Translations under genes and position numbers: made by a program | Notes under the pieces: model-generated | Database searches by the model: none | Told to the model about the DNA's origin: nothing | The model's input: the letters and a program-made list of their open reading frames with translations, nothing else | Shown: one piece after another, positions 35,651 to 45,498 of the stretch | Position numbering within the stretch: the stretch's first letter is position 1 | How the letters are laid out: each line of letters starts with the position of its first letter | Source: Candidatus Kaiserbacteria bacterium | Lineage (GTDB): Bacteria > Patescibacteriota > Minisyncoccia > Phycocordibacterales > Phycocordibacteraceae | Direction of reading: 5' to 3' | Assembly: GCA_023264445.1 (NCBI GenBank) | Contig: JAHFMN010000001.1 | Location: 177,878 to 241,877, forward strand | DNA: 64,000 nucleotides

Positions 35651-36229
35651 ATGTCTGACACTTGGAAAGGTCTGCTAAAAGATCTTTTCACGCTCGTGCT
35701 CCTTATCATCGTTGTCGTCATCCCCATCCGCGCCTTCATCGTCTCGCCGTTCATCGTGGATGGCGAATCCATGCATCCGACATTTGAGAATCTTGATTAT
35801 CTCATCGTCGACGAGATTCTCTACCGATTCAGCGCGCCCAAGCGCGGCGACGTCATCGTCTTCCGCTATCCGGGCGACCCTTCCATCTTCTTTATCAAGC
35901 GCATCATCGCACTCCCCGGAGAAACGGTCTTCATCAAAAGCGGTGTTGTCTCCGTCCTCACCGCCGACGGGCAACGACTGGCGCTTACCGAGCCCTACAT
36001 CGTGAACGAAGATGCGACCTATACCAAAAACGTCGTCTTGAATCCGGAAGAATATTTCGTCATGGGCGACAATCGGCCAAACTCTTCCGACAGCCGTGTC
36101 TGGGGACCGTTGCCGAAGAAAGACATCATCGGCCGCGTCGACCTGCGGCTCTTGCCGATCGCAAAGAGCGGATTCTTCCCCGGTGCTACACAGTATGCGA
36201 CGAGTACGACGTTCGCAATAGCATCATGA
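35651..36229 (+). CDS. lepB: signal peptidase I
   Basis: 192 aa from MSDTWKG. TM helix, GESMHPT (Ser box), GDNRPNSSDSRVWG (Lys/box E). Confidence 0.85.
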   Translation: MSDTWKGLLKDLFTLVLLIIVVVIPIRAFIVSPFIVDGESMHPTFENLDYLIVDEILYRFSAPKRGDVIVFRYPGDPSIFFIKRIIALPGETVFIKSGVVSVLTADGQRLALTEPYIVNEDATYTKNVVLNPEEYFVMGDNRPNSSDSRVWGPLPKKDIIGRVDLRLLPIAKSGFFPGATQYATSTTFAIAS

Positions 36230-37371
36230 TGCGAGAAAGTATTCCGGCTGAGGAACTTTTCAATAAAGCTCATGCCGTCGGCCAATACTATGGCTTTACA
36301 CCGCTCTCGATGCTCACGGTAAAGAAGCGCGGGAAGCAGCGCGCGAAGCCCGGAATGCCGGAAGCCCTTTCTTCTCTCTCGCTTGATTCGACTGGGGAGA
36401 CAATCGCAAGCTTCCTGAAGCAGTGCCAGAACATCGAGTTCGCACCGAACCCGCGCCAGCCGCTCTTCATCTGGCATACGAACATCGCCCCCGGACGCGC
36501 CGCGCAGAAAAAAGCGACCATACAGTTCCACGCGCTCGGGACCGATCGCGCGCTCGCAGACGCCGTCATCATCCGCGCACTCATCGCGCTTACGCGCGAC
36601 CTCTTCCACGAGGAGCCGGTGGTCCGCATCAATTCCATGGGCGACAAGGAGACGCGAGCGCGCTATGCGCGCGAGCTTGGGAACTTTTTTAAGAAACGCG
36701 CGCACACGCTTCCGGAAGAATGCGTCGCCTGTGCTAAGCACGATTCATTTGCGGCAGCCGAGCTCGCCATCGCGCGGGAATGTGCCGATGATTTGCCGGC
36801 ACCGACCGAACATCTCTCGGATGCGAGCCGCAAACGCTTTGAAGACTTGCTCGAATATCTGGAGATGACCGAGACGCCATACGAGCTTGCGCGCAGCCTT
36901 ATCAGTCGTGGCGGCATCTGGAACGATACCTGCTTCGAAATCCTCGCAGGTGGGCGACGCGTCGCCTGGGGCTCCCGCTATAACGATCTTGCGCGCCACT
37001 TCTTCCCTTCTGCGCCGGTGAGCGCGACCGGCGCCGTCTTCTCAATAGCGAGCGAGGGTATGGCACTGGCGAAAACCAAGCATCCCCGACTACGTTTTTC
37101 CTTCGTACATATCGGCGATGAAGCAAAGCGACTTTCTATCCGCCTCGCAGAAGATTTCAGGCGCGTACGACTCTCGCTCACGCAGGACATCGGCATAGAA
37201 TCGCTCACAGAGCAGCTCCACAAGGTTGAGCGTCGCGATAGCCCGTACCTCCTCATCATGGGACGCAAGGAAGCACTTGAAGGCTCCGCCATCCTCCGCA
37301 ATCGCAAGACACAAGAAGAGACCACTCTTCCACTTGCCGGCCTCGCCGAACGCCTAAAGTCGTTTGCCTGA
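36226..37371 (+). CDS. histidine--tRNA ligase-like class II aaRS-family protein (divergent)
   Basis: 381 aa. HisRS-specific blocks ISRGGIWNDTCFEI (RGLDYY..FE) and GGRRVAWGSRYNDL (GGRYD.L), plus a C-terminal HGPT anticodon-binding-like domain YLLIMGRKEALEGSAILRN. The motif-2 arginine region is degenerate (GRAAQKKATIQFHALG). Confidence 0.5.
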   Translation: MMRESIPAEELFNKAHAVGQYYGFTPLSMLTVKKRGKQRAKPGMPEALSSLSLDSTGETIASFLKQCQNIEFAPNPRQPLFIWHTNIAPGRAAQKKATIQFHALGTDRALADAVIIRALIALTRDLFHEEPVVRINSMGDKETRARYARELGNFFKKRAHTLPEECVACAKHDSFAAAELAIARECADDLPAPTEHLSDASRKRFEDLLEYLEMTETPYELARSLISRGGIWNDTCFEILAGGRRVAWGSRYNDLARHFFPSAPVSATGAVFSIASEGMALAKTKHPRLRFSFVHIGDEAKRLSIRLAEDFRRVRLSLTQDIGIESLTEQLHKVERRDSPYLLIMGRKEALEGSAILRNRKTQEETTLPLAGLAERLKSFA

Positions 37372-37387
37372 GAATGCATCGCTCGAA

Positions 37388-37417
37388 TGGACAATGTCCA
37401 CTTCGCTGTGCTAGAAT
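37388..37417 (+). promoter_or_regulatory. sigma70-type promoter of rpsU (near-leaderless)
   Basis: TGGACA, 18 nt, TAGAAT. The -10 box ends 10 nt before the ATG. Confidence 0.45.
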
Positions 37418-37427
37418 CTTTTTCATC

Positions 37428-37694
37428 ATGACCGCAGGCACACGAGTCGAGGTACGGCGCGGAAAGAACGAGAGTTCTACCGCGCTTATCCGCCGCTTTA
37501 CCCGCAGAGCGCAGGGGCTTGGTCTCGTGCGCGAAATGCGCGACCGCCGCTACTTCGAGCGCTCCAAGTCGAAGAACGTGGGCCACAAGCGCGCCCTCAT
37601 TTCAAAAGTCCGCCGCGAGAAGTACAACGAGCTCGTGAAGCTCGGCAAGATAGATCCGGCAGCCAAGAAGACGCGCAAGGGCGGAAAGCGCTAA
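37428..37694 (+). CDS. rpsU: 30S ribosomal protein S21 with basic C-terminal extension
   Basis: 88 aa from MTAGTRVEVRRGKNESSTALIRRFTRRAQGLGLVREMRDRRYFERSKSK (S21 consensus V.VR.NE..D.ALRRFKR...G...E.RRR.YFEKPS). The ORF is open from 37374. Confidence 0.7.
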   Translation: MTAGTRVEVRRGKNESSTALIRRFTRRAQGLGLVREMRDRRYFERSKSKNVGHKRALISKVRREKYNELVKLGKIDPAAKKTRKGGKR

Positions 37695-37698
37695 ACGG

Positions 37699-38181
37699 AT
37701 GGCAGGAGTTTCCATACAGAACACGACGCGGCGCCTGCGGGCGCCGCGTACTGCGTTTACGGCTATTGCCAAGCAGCTGCTCCCCGGCTGGGACATCTCG
37801 CTTGCCTTCGTCGGCCCGACACAGGCACGCGCACTAAATAAAAAGCTTCGCAATAAAACATACATTCCGAACGTGCTTTCCTATGTAGTTGGAAAGAAGA
37901 GCGGGGAAATCATCATCTGTCCGAGCGAAGCGGCGAAGCAGGCTCCTGATTTTCAACTCTCCTCCTCTGACTTCCTGCTCCTTTTGTTTATCCACGGTGT
38001 ACTGCATATAAAAGGAAGGGTGCATAGTGGTACGATGGAACGATGGGAACGAAAAGTCTTGGCACAATTCGCCAAGGGTAGCGAGCGCGTATATCCGCTT
38101 CATGGCACGACGCATCGCAACCGGCATCGACATCGGGACGTACCAAGTAAAAGTGGTCGTCGTCGAGGAACTCTCCGATAA
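37699..38181 (+). CDS. ybeY: rRNA maturation endoribonuclease YbeY
   Basis: 160 aa. H3xH5xH zinc motif FIHGVLHIKGRVH. The 3' end overlaps ftsA by about 80 nt in another frame. Confidence 0.65.
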   Translation: MAGVSIQNTTRRLRAPRTAFTAIAKQLLPGWDISLAFVGPTQARALNKKLRNKTYIPNVLSYVVGKKSGEIIICPSEAAKQAPDFQLSSSDFLLLLFIHGVLHIKGRVHSGTMERWERKVLAQFAKGSERVYPLHGTTHRNRHRHRDVPSKSGRRRGTLR

Positions 38182-39259
38182 ACGCGGCGGGCGGCAGCTC
38201 CGCATCCTCGGCACCGGCCTCGCCGAGTCAAAGGGCCTACGGCATGGCTACATCGTCAATAAGGAAGAAGTGTCCGCGAGCATCCTTAAAGCAAAGAAGG
38301 AGGCGGAGTATGCTGCCCGCGTCCCGATACACTCCGCCTTCCTCGCCGTCGGCGGCATCTCACTAGATGAGGCGCGCGCGACCGGCAGCACCATCATCTC
38401 CCGCGCAGACCAAGAAATTACGGCGCTTGATATCGAGAAGGCAGGGCAAGCGGCCCGGGAGGCGGCAGCGCCCGGTTTCCTCAATCGTCATGTCCTCCAC
38501 AGCATTCCGCTTGAATACCGAATTGATAATGGCAAAGTGCTCGGCGACCCGCTCGGCATGAAAGGCGTCCGACTTGAAGTGGACTACTTATTCATCACTT
38601 GCCTCGCCCAGCATGAAGATGTGCTTGCCAAGGCGATTGAAGATGCCGATATCGAGGTCATCGATCAGATGGCGTCTCCCCTTGCGGGCTCCTACGTCCT
38701 CCTTGAAGGCGATCAGAAGATGAAAGGATGCGTGCTCGCGAACATCGGCTCGGAGACAGTCTCCATCGTCGTCTACGACGAGGGTATTCCGGTGTCGGTC
38801 AAGGTATTTCCGATGGGCTCGAGCCACATCACCGACGACATCGCACTTGGATTTCGCATCTCACTTGAGGAAGCAGAGCGCGTGAAGCTTGGACGTCTTT
38901 CCGGGCAAATGTATCCGCGCAAAAAAGTGGACGATCTTATCGTGAGCCGTCTGAATACGATGTTCGCACTCATCGACAAACATTTGAAATCGCTGAACCG
39001 CCGGGGTCCTCTGCCCGCCGGCATCATCATCTCCGGTGGCGGCGCCGGCGTAGGTTCCATCAGTGACATTGCGCGCGGTTCACTCAAGCTTCCATCACGC
39101 CTCGCAGAGTTCCGCATCACCACCGATACGAAGATTCGTGACGCGACATGGGCGGTCGCATACGGTCTTGCACTCTGGGGGCTCACCGGTGATACGAACG
39201 CACCGAAACGAAGCATCGGGGCTTCATTCGGGAAGTTTTTTCAACAATTCCTGCCTTAA
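38102..39259 (+). CDS. ftsA: cell division protein FtsA
   Basis: 385 aa from MARRIATGIDIGTYQVKVVVVE (actin-fold phosphate-1 motif)...IISGGGAG. Confidence 0.85.
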   Translation: MARRIATGIDIGTYQVKVVVVEELSDKRGGRQLRILGTGLAESKGLRHGYIVNKEEVSASILKAKKEAEYAARVPIHSAFLAVGGISLDEARATGSTIISRADQEITALDIEKAGQAAREAAAPGFLNRHVLHSIPLEYRIDNGKVLGDPLGMKGVRLEVDYLFITCLAQHEDVLAKAIEDADIEVIDQMASPLAGSYVLLEGDQKMKGCVLANIGSETVSIVVYDEGIPVSVKVFPMGSSHITDDIALGFRISLEEAERVKLGRLSGQMYPRKKVDDLIVSRLNTMFALIDKHLKSLNRRGPLPAGIIISGGGAGVGSISDIARGSLKLPSRLAEFRITTDTKIRDATWAVAYGLALWGLTGDTNAPKRSIGASFGKFFQQFLP

Positions 39260-39329
39260 ACGAGGATTTGCTTCCTCGGATTGTCAATATTTGCATATAG
39301 CGCAAGTCTGATACTATTGCCTGCACAGT

Positions 39330-40580
39330 ATGTCCAAACGCGTTGAACCGGAGATTGAGACATTCGCACGGATTCGCGTCGTTGGTGTTGGCGGTTCCGG
39401 CAAGAACGCCATCAACCACATGATCAATTCAAAGGTGCGCGGCGTTGAATTCATCGCCGTCAACTCCGACGCACAGGACCTCCACCGCTCGCTTGCAAAG
39501 CGAAAGATCCACATCGGCAAGAATCTCACACGTGGGCTCGGCACCGGTATGAATCCCGAGCTCGGCAAGCGTGCTGCAGAAGAGACACGGCAAGAAATCC
39601 AGGAAGCGCTTTCCGGAAGCGATATGGTGTTCATCACGTGCGGCATGGGCGGCGGCACCGGCACCGGCGCATCCGCCATCGTCGCAAAAATTGCGAAAGA
39701 AATCGGCGCGCTCGTCATCGCAGTCGTCACGAAGCCATTCTCCTTTGAGGGCGCACAGCGCAAAGAGATTGCCGAGCGCGGTCTTGCCGAACTGAAGAAA
39801 GAAGTGGATGCGTTCATCGTTATTCCAAACGATAAACTGCTCTCCATCGTTGATACGGAGACCTCCGCAAAGCATGCCTTCGCGATGTGCGACGAGATTC
39901 TGCGTCAGGCGGTGGAAGGTGTCTCCGATATCATCACGACGCCGGGCGAGATTAATACCGACTTCAACGACATCAAGGCCATCATGGAGGGTGCCGGCCC
40001 GGCACTCATGGGCATCGGTATCGCCGAGGGCGACGGGCGCGCCACGGCAGCCGCCCAGATGGCCGTCAATTCCCCGCTCTTGGATGTCTCTATTTCCGGT
40101 GCAAAAGGCATCCTCTTCGTCGTCGCCGGCTCCGACGACCTCGGCATCATGGAGGTGCAAGAGGCTGCAAAGGTCGTGAACGAATCAGTGGACAAGAATG
40201 CGAAGGTCATCTTCGGCATCATGCGCGACGAGAAGCTCAAGAAAGGACAATTGCGCATCATTGTCATCGCGACCGGTTTCCCGGAGAGTCCTTCTCACTC
40301 TGCGCATGCTGGCCCAGAGCGCTCCCTCTTCTCCATGCCAGTGGAAAAGCGTGAGGAAGAGCGCGGTCGTATTTACCATGAGATTCTCTCCGTCAAAGGC
40401 AGTCCTGCTGGTAGCAAGCACGAGGAGAAAGAAGATGAGCCGAAAAGCTCCAAAAAGCAGGAGAAAGAAGACCCTATCGTCACCGCAACGCCCCAGAAGC
40501 GAGAAGAGATTCCTCCTGCTCCAGAAGATGACGAGACCTGGGGAGCGATTCCTGCATTCCTACGCAGACACAAGAAATAA
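39330..40580 (+). CDS. ftsZ: cell division GTPase FtsZ
   Basis: 416 aa. Tubulin signature GGGTGTG (CGMGGGTGTGA), T7 loop, and an acidic/basic C-terminal tail. Confidence 0.95.
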   Translation: MSKRVEPEIETFARIRVVGVGGSGKNAINHMINSKVRGVEFIAVNSDAQDLHRSLAKRKIHIGKNLTRGLGTGMNPELGKRAAEETRQEIQEALSGSDMVFITCGMGGGTGTGASAIVAKIAKEIGALVIAVVTKPFSFEGAQRKEIAERGLAELKKEVDAFIVIPNDKLLSIVDTETSAKHAFAMCDEILRQAVEGVSDIITTPGEINTDFNDIKAIMEGAGPALMGIGIAEGDGRATAAAQMAVNSPLLDVSISGAKGILFVVAGSDDLGIMEVQEAAKVVNESVDKNAKVIFGIMRDEKLKKGQLRIIVIATGFPESPSHSAHAGPERSLFSMPVEKREEERGRIYHEILSVKGSPAGSKHEEKEDEPKSSKKQEKEDPIVTATPQKREEIPPAPEDDETWGAIPAFLRRHKK

Positions 40581-40655
40581 GGGCCGCTCGCAATCAATCA
40601 TTTCGAACAGCAGAAAACCGCCCCTGCCGGCGGTTTTCTGATATAATCTTCTATA

Positions 40656-41579
40656 ATGTACGACCTCATCATCATCGGCGGCGGGCCCGCCGGCGTCGCG
40701 GCAGGAGTGTATGCGGCCCGTAAGCACCTGAAGACTGTCCTCATCGCGGAAGAAATCGGTGGGCAATCGGTCGTATCGGAAGGCATTGAGAACTGGATAG
40801 GGTCGCCGAGAGTCCATGGGGGTGAACTCGCGAAGCTCTTCCGAGCGCATCTGGATGCGGTAAAGGGCGATATCGTCACGCTCGCCCTTGGCGAGCGTGT
40901 CTCCTCGCTTGCAAAGATTGAAGGCGCTTTTAAAGCAACGGTGAAAAATGGCGACGGGTACCGCGCAAAAGCGGTGTTAGTCGCCACAGGTGCTGGGCGC
41001 CGCAAGCTTGATGTACCGGGCGCGGAGAAATTCGAGAATAAGGGCGTCACCTATTGCGCATCCTGTGATGGACCGCTCTTTTCTGGAATGGACGTCGCGG
41101 TGGTCGGCGGAGGCAATGCCGGCTTTGAAACAGCGCTTCAGCTTCTTGCCTATGCAAAATCGGTCACGCTCATCCATCGGCATGAGGAATTCAAAGCTGA
41201 TGCCGTCACTGTTAAAAAGGCATCTGCACATCCAAACATGCACCTCATCAGGAACGCCGAACCGACCGAGGTCATGGGCGAACAATTCGTGACTGGCATG
41301 AAATACCGCGATAAGGATTCGGGCGAGGTAAAAGAACTTCCTGTTACCGGTATTTTTGTAGAAGCAGGGGTCATCCCGAATACCGATTTCGCCGAAGGAC
41401 TTGTGGAGCTTGATTCGATAAAGCGCATCAAGGTCGACCCGCATAATCAGCGTACGAGTGTTGAAGGCGTGTGGGCTGCGGGCGATTGCACGGACGAGCT
41501 CTACCACCAAAACAACATCGCCGCCGGAGACGGCGTCAAAGCGCTTGAAGATATCTATCTCTGGATCAAGGTGCAGTAA
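40656..41579 (+). CDS. trxB: thioredoxin-disulfide reductase
   Basis: 307 aa. GGGPAG FAD motif, CASCDG redox-active disulfide, GGGNAG NADPH motif. Confidence 0.85.
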   Translation: MYDLIIIGGGPAGVAAGVYAARKHLKTVLIAEEIGGQSVVSEGIENWIGSPRVHGGELAKLFRAHLDAVKGDIVTLALGERVSSLAKIEGAFKATVKNGDGYRAKAVLVATGAGRRKLDVPGAEKFENKGVTYCASCDGPLFSGMDVAVVGGGNAGFETALQLLAYAKSVTLIHRHEEFKADAVTVKKASAHPNMHLIRNAEPTEVMGEQFVTGMKYRDKDSGEVKELPVTGIFVEAGVIPNTDFAEGLVELDSIKRIKVDPHNQRTSVEGVWAAGDCTDELYHQNNIAAGDGVKALEDIYLWIKVQ

Positions 41580-41584
41580 TCATC

Positions 41585-42310
41585 ATGCCCGTCATTTCAA
41601 TCATCATCCCGACACTAAAAGAAGAACAATTCCTCGAGCGTACGCTCGAAAATCTAAAGACGCTCCAGGTGCCGCACGAAATCATCATCACCGATGGCGG
41701 CAGTACCGATAGGACACTGGACATCGCGCGCGCCCACGGCGCGAAGACAACTGTGTGGAGTGAATCGCGCCGCCAGACCTTCGGCGAAGCAAAGAATGCC
41801 GGCGCCGCGCGCGCCACGGGAACGTATCTGATCTTCATTGACGCCGATGTACTTATTCCCGAACCAGAGGCATTCTTTACCGAGATGGTAGCGGCGTTTG
41901 AGAAAAATAAGAAACTGGTCGGGATGACTGTCCCGCTCAAGCCATGGCCCGAGAACCATTCCTTTGTAGATGCGTTCTTCAGCGCGCCGCTCAACTGGTT
42001 CTATATCATTTCAAATAATGTCTTTCGCTCGGGAAACTCCTCCGGCGAGTTCCAGATGATGCGCGCGGATGTCTTTAGAAAGGCCGGCGGATTTGGCGAG
42101 CAGCTCGCCGCCGGAGAAGACAATGAGATGTTCCGGCGGCTTGCGTCCTTCGGCCGTACATTCTCCTACTACAAGCTCTGCGTGCGGCACTCCCTCCGGC
42201 GCCCGCACAAAATCGGCTGGCTCCGCACGTATGGCATCTGGATGAAGAATGGGCTTTCGGTCGCACTCCGCGGTAAGGCCGCATACAAGGAGTGGTCCGT
42301 CGTGCGATAA
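41585..42310 (+). CDS. glycosyltransferase family 2
   Basis: 241 aa. ISIIIPTLKEE...DGGSTD...IFIDADV (DxD). Confidence 0.8.
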   Translation: MPVISIIIPTLKEEQFLERTLENLKTLQVPHEIIITDGGSTDRTLDIARAHGAKTTVWSESRRQTFGEAKNAGAARATGTYLIFIDADVLIPEPEAFFTEMVAAFEKNKKLVGMTVPLKPWPENHSFVDAFFSAPLNWFYIISNNVFRSGNSSGEFQMMRADVFRKAGGFGEQLAAGEDNEMFRRLASFGRTFSYYKLCVRHSLRRPHKIGWLRTYGIWMKNGLSVALRGKAAYKEWSVVR

Positions 42311-42354
42311 AAAAGAGAGAACCGCCGAGAGAAGCGAGGCGCTTCTCTCGGCGG

Positions 42355-42723
42355 TCAGTCCTTGTTCGGTAAGAGGACAATAGATACCATGACGATCCAT
42401 CCGACGAACCATCGACCAGTCACATATAGAAGGCCGAATAGGTTCCCGTAGAGCGCGAGCGACTTCCCCACCTTGATGAGCTCGCCCAGACTCCACTCAC
42501 TGTACCTCTCCGAGCCGGCGACAATCAAAAGCCAGATCCATACCAAGAGGGGCACACCGAAGACGTTGAAATACAGCACTCCGACCGTCGTCAGCCAGAC
42601 GTCGAAACCCGGCAAAAGATACACGAGCGGCAACACGGTGAGGTTGAAAAACGGCACCACACCACCGACCAGACTCCAGAACGCCTCCCAATACAGTGCA
42701 TTACGTTTCACCCGGTCCCCCAA
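42355..42723 (-). CDS. polytopic membrane protein (hypothetical)
   Basis: 122 aa with 3-4 TM helices. Confidence 0.5.
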   Translation of the reverse strand: MGDRVKRNALYWEAFWSLVGGVVPFFNLTVLPLVYLLPGFDVWLTTVGVLYFNVFGVPLLVWIWLLIVAGSERYSEWSLGELIKVGKSLALYGNLFGLLYVTGRWFVGWIVMVSIVLLPNKD

Positions 42724-42792
42724 AATAGAAAGGTCTCTTTGGAATCAAAGAGCAGCCGAGTTTTTTATACCTTAGAGGTATACAACTGTCAA

Positions 42793-43797
42793 TCAGCGCA
42801 CGGCGAGGTTGTGTATAAACATATCGGTCGCATGTTCCCAAGAGTATTGTTCTGCTTTTGCGCGACAATTGTCACGCGAAAGCGAGAGACATTTGAGCGC
42901 GGCTTCCTGAAGATTATCGCTTAAGTAGCCGTCCTTCCCTTCTGTAATGATGTCGCGCGGGCCCATGACATTGTGCGCCGCTACCGGGATGCCGCAGGCA
43001 AGCGCTTCGAGAGACACGAGGCCGAAGGTCTCGGTTCTTGAAGGAAAGACAAACACATCGGCAAGCGAGATCCAGTCCACAAGCTCCTGGCCATGCTTGT
43101 AGCCGACAAACATATTTTTCTTTCCGTAGCGTGCTTCAAGCTTCGCTCGGCTGGGGCCATCTCCGATGACCAGTTTCGTTCCGGGCAAATCAAGCGTGAG
43201 GAATTCCTCCGGATTTTTCTCCGGCGCAAGGCGACTAAAGAAGAGGAAGACCGGCGCAGGCAGTGGAGGCAAAGGAGGATTCGGATTGCGAGTGAAGAGG
43301 TCCACATCGACACCAAGCGGTACGACCACGACATTTGTGTAGCCAACCGATTCCAATTCCCTCTTCAGACTTTCGGTTGAGACCATCGTGCGAACAGCGG
43401 CAAAATGGAACCGCCGCAGAGCGGCAAGGACGGGCCACAAGAGCCCGCGCAATCGTAAGTCTATATAGAGCTGGAAATGGCTGTGGTACCAGGTCGTAAA
43501 GGGTATGCCCCGCGCACGGCATACCGAGCGCGCCGCCCACCCGAGCGGGCCTTCGGTCGTGATGTGAATCGCATCCGGCTGGAGCTCCTCGATCATTCGC
43601 GCAACATGGCGGCGAGGAAGAAGTGCCAGGCGGATTTCCGGATAGAACGGCAACGGCAGCGTCATAAATTGCCCCGGCTCGATGAGCATGACGTCATACC
43701 CGCCTGCCTTGAGGAAGCGCACATGCGCATCAAGCACGCGCACCACGCCGTTGACTTGCGGCTTCCACGCATCCGTCACGAACAAGATGCGCTTCAT
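42793..43797 (-). CDS. glycosyltransferase family 4 (GT-B, RfaB-like)
   Basis: 334 aa. C-terminal FVFPSRTETFGLVSLEALACGIPV (E-x7-E motif). Confidence 0.8.
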   Translation of the reverse strand: MKRILFVTDAWKPQVNGVVRVLDAHVRFLKAGGYDVMLIEPGQFMTLPLPFYPEIRLALLPRRHVARMIEELQPDAIHITTEGPLGWAARSVCRARGIPFTTWYHSHFQLYIDLRLRGLLWPVLAALRRFHFAAVRTMVSTESLKRELESVGYTNVVVVPLGVDVDLFTRNPNPPLPPLPAPVFLFFSRLAPEKNPEEFLTLDLPGTKLVIGDGPSRAKLEARYGKKNMFVGYKHGQELVDWISLADVFVFPSRTETFGLVSLEALACGIPVAAHNVMGPRDIITEGKDGYLSDNLQEAALKCLSLSRDNCRAKAEQYSWEHATDMFIHNLAVR

Positions 43798-44408
43798 GAT
43801 TCCGTCTTCTCTACTTCCTTACTCTTCAGAAGGTTTCTGCGCATGCGCCAACTGATGAGATAGTAGCCGGAGATGACGAGAGCGGCGAAAGCGATGACAT
43901 ACTGCACATTGCTGATCATATGCGCGATGCTTCCTCCGAAGCTTTCACCCAGATAATATCCGAGGAACAGGAGCGTGCCGTACTGGAGCACGGCGACGAT
44001 GCTCGCGTATTTGAAAAAGGTACGGAGCGGCATGCTGACCGTTCCAGCGACCACGATAAACGCTGACGCGATGCCATAGGAGAGCTTGCCGATAAACATG
44101 GTCCAGCCGGGGCGCTTCTCCCACAAGATTCGCACCCGCTCTAGATCATCCGGCGTGATGCCAAGCTTCTTAAGCATGCGCTGGACGAAAGCGGTGCGGG
44201 AGCCGAAATGACCGATTGCGTAGTACACGCCGTCCAGACCGACATCGCGGACGAAAAATAATGCCGCAAGGAAATACAGATTGAAATAGTGGAGCGAGGC
44301 GAGCATGCCGGCGACAAATGCGACCACAGGCCCTTCTATGAGAGAAAGCGGGATCAGTATCCAATAGCGATACTGCAGAATAAGCTCCGTAAGGAAGTCA
44401 ATCGACAT
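43794..44408 (-). CDS. DedA/SNARE-associated (VTT-domain) membrane protein
   Basis: 204 aa. LIPLSLIEGPVVAFVAG...F..R...G VTT-domain pattern. Confidence 0.75.
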   Translation of the reverse strand: MSIDFLTELILQYRYWILIPLSLIEGPVVAFVAGMLASLHYFNLYFLAALFFVRDVGLDGVYYAIGHFGSRTAFVQRMLKKLGITPDDLERVRILWEKRPGWTMFIGKLSYGIASAFIVVAGTVSMPLRTFFKYASIVAVLQYGTLLFLGYYLGESFGGSIAHMISNVQYVIAFAALVISGYYLISWRMRRNLLKSKEVEKTES

Positions 44409-44433
44409 TGTTTCCGGTCAGTATACAACGATG

Positions 44434-44520
44434 CGGAGAGGGTGGGATTTGAACCCACGAGGAGCTTTCGCCCCTGCTGGTTTTCGAAACCAGTGCATTC
44501 GACCACTCTGCCACCTCTCC
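44434..44520 (-). tRNA. tRNA-Ser (anticodon CGA), type II
   Basis: Minus strand GGAGAGGTGGCAGAGTGGTCGAATGCA-CTGGT-TTCGAAA-ACCAG-(long variable arm)-GTGGG-TTCAAAT-CCCAC-CCTCTCC-G. Confidence 0.85.
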
Positions 44521-44660
44521 GTGTGCCGCGATTCTAGCATTTCAGCCCGAAAATGATAAGGTTTCATTGAGGCCCTACAATCAAGCCGAACGAGAGAACA
44601 AGCGAGATTTTTGCTTGTTCCGAGAGAGGCGAAGAGTGTATGGCCGTGTGCAAGCAACAC

Positions 44661-44732
44661 GGCCCTATCGTCTAACGGTTAGGACGAGAGCTTTTCAAGC
44701 TCTAAACCCGGGTTCGACTCCCGGTAGGGTCA
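44661..44732 (+). tRNA. tRNA-Glu (anticodon TTC)
   Basis: GGCCCTATCGTCTAACGGTTAGGACG-AGAGC-TTTTCAA-GCTCT-...-CCGGG-TTCGACT-CCCGG-TAGGGTC-A. Confidence 0.85.
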
Positions 44733-44791
44733 CAAATCAAAACTTTATCCAGAGTGAGGACGAATGAGAATCAACTGATATACTTAGATGT

Positions 44792-45364
44792 ATGAATAGG
44801 ACGCTTCTCGTTATTGGAGCCGTTGCCCTCATCGGAGGATTGTTTTTTCTCAATGTACGCTCCCATAGCGAGAAACGGCTTGCTGTGGAGGCCGACTATA
44901 GAGACGCTGTGTATACCATCGAAGGCCAGCAGGTGAGGCTTGAAGACGGTGTCGCTGAAACGGAAGCTGCACCCGGCTCGGCTTCCAAGGTTGTCACGAG
45001 ATATTTCGGTAATGAACTCAAGACCGATCTCGACGGTGACGGCCGCGAAGACATTGCATTTATTCTGACCCAAGAGAGGGGTGGTTCGGGAACATTCTTT
45101 TATGCAGTTGCCGCACTCAACACCAATCAAGGATACGTGGGCTCGGATTCGTATTTGCTGGGAGACCGGATAGCTCCCCAATCTACAAATGTAAGCCAAA
45201 ATCCAAAACACAAGTATGTAGTGGTCTTCAATTATGCCGATCGCGCTTCCGGCGAAGCGATGACGACACGGCCATCAATTGGTAAAAGTGTATACCTGAA
45301 GCTTAACCCTGTGAGCATGCAGTGGGGTATTGTGGAACCAGATTTTAGCGGCGAGTCCAGATAG
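44792..45364 (+). CDS. secreted/membrane-anchored hypothetical protein
   Basis: 190 aa with N-terminal signal-anchor. No recognisable domain. Confidence 0.5.
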   Translation: MNRTLLVIGAVALIGGLFFLNVRSHSEKRLAVEADYRDAVYTIEGQQVRLEDGVAETEAAPGSASKVVTRYFGNELKTDLDGDGREDIAFILTQERGGSGTFFYAVAALNTNQGYVGSDSYLLGDRIAPQSTNVSQNPKHKYVVVFNYADRASGEAMTTRPSIGKSVYLKLNPVSMQWGIVEPDFSGESR

Positions 45365-45408
45365 ATCTTCTCGCTTTCAGAGCAGAGCGCGTATGTATGG
45401 CGGGTGAC

Positions 45409-45437
45409 TTGTCTTTTCGCACATCATAGGTTATAGT
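45409..45437 (+). promoter_or_regulatory. sigma70-type promoter
   Basis: TTGTCT, 17 nt, TATAGT. An imperfect hairpin plus a T-run (45444-45478) follows. Confidence 0.4.
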
Positions 45438-45498
45438 GCAAGGACAAAAGGACCAGCGATGGCCTCTTTTGTTTTTTTAGCTCTTTCAAAGCGAGGGA

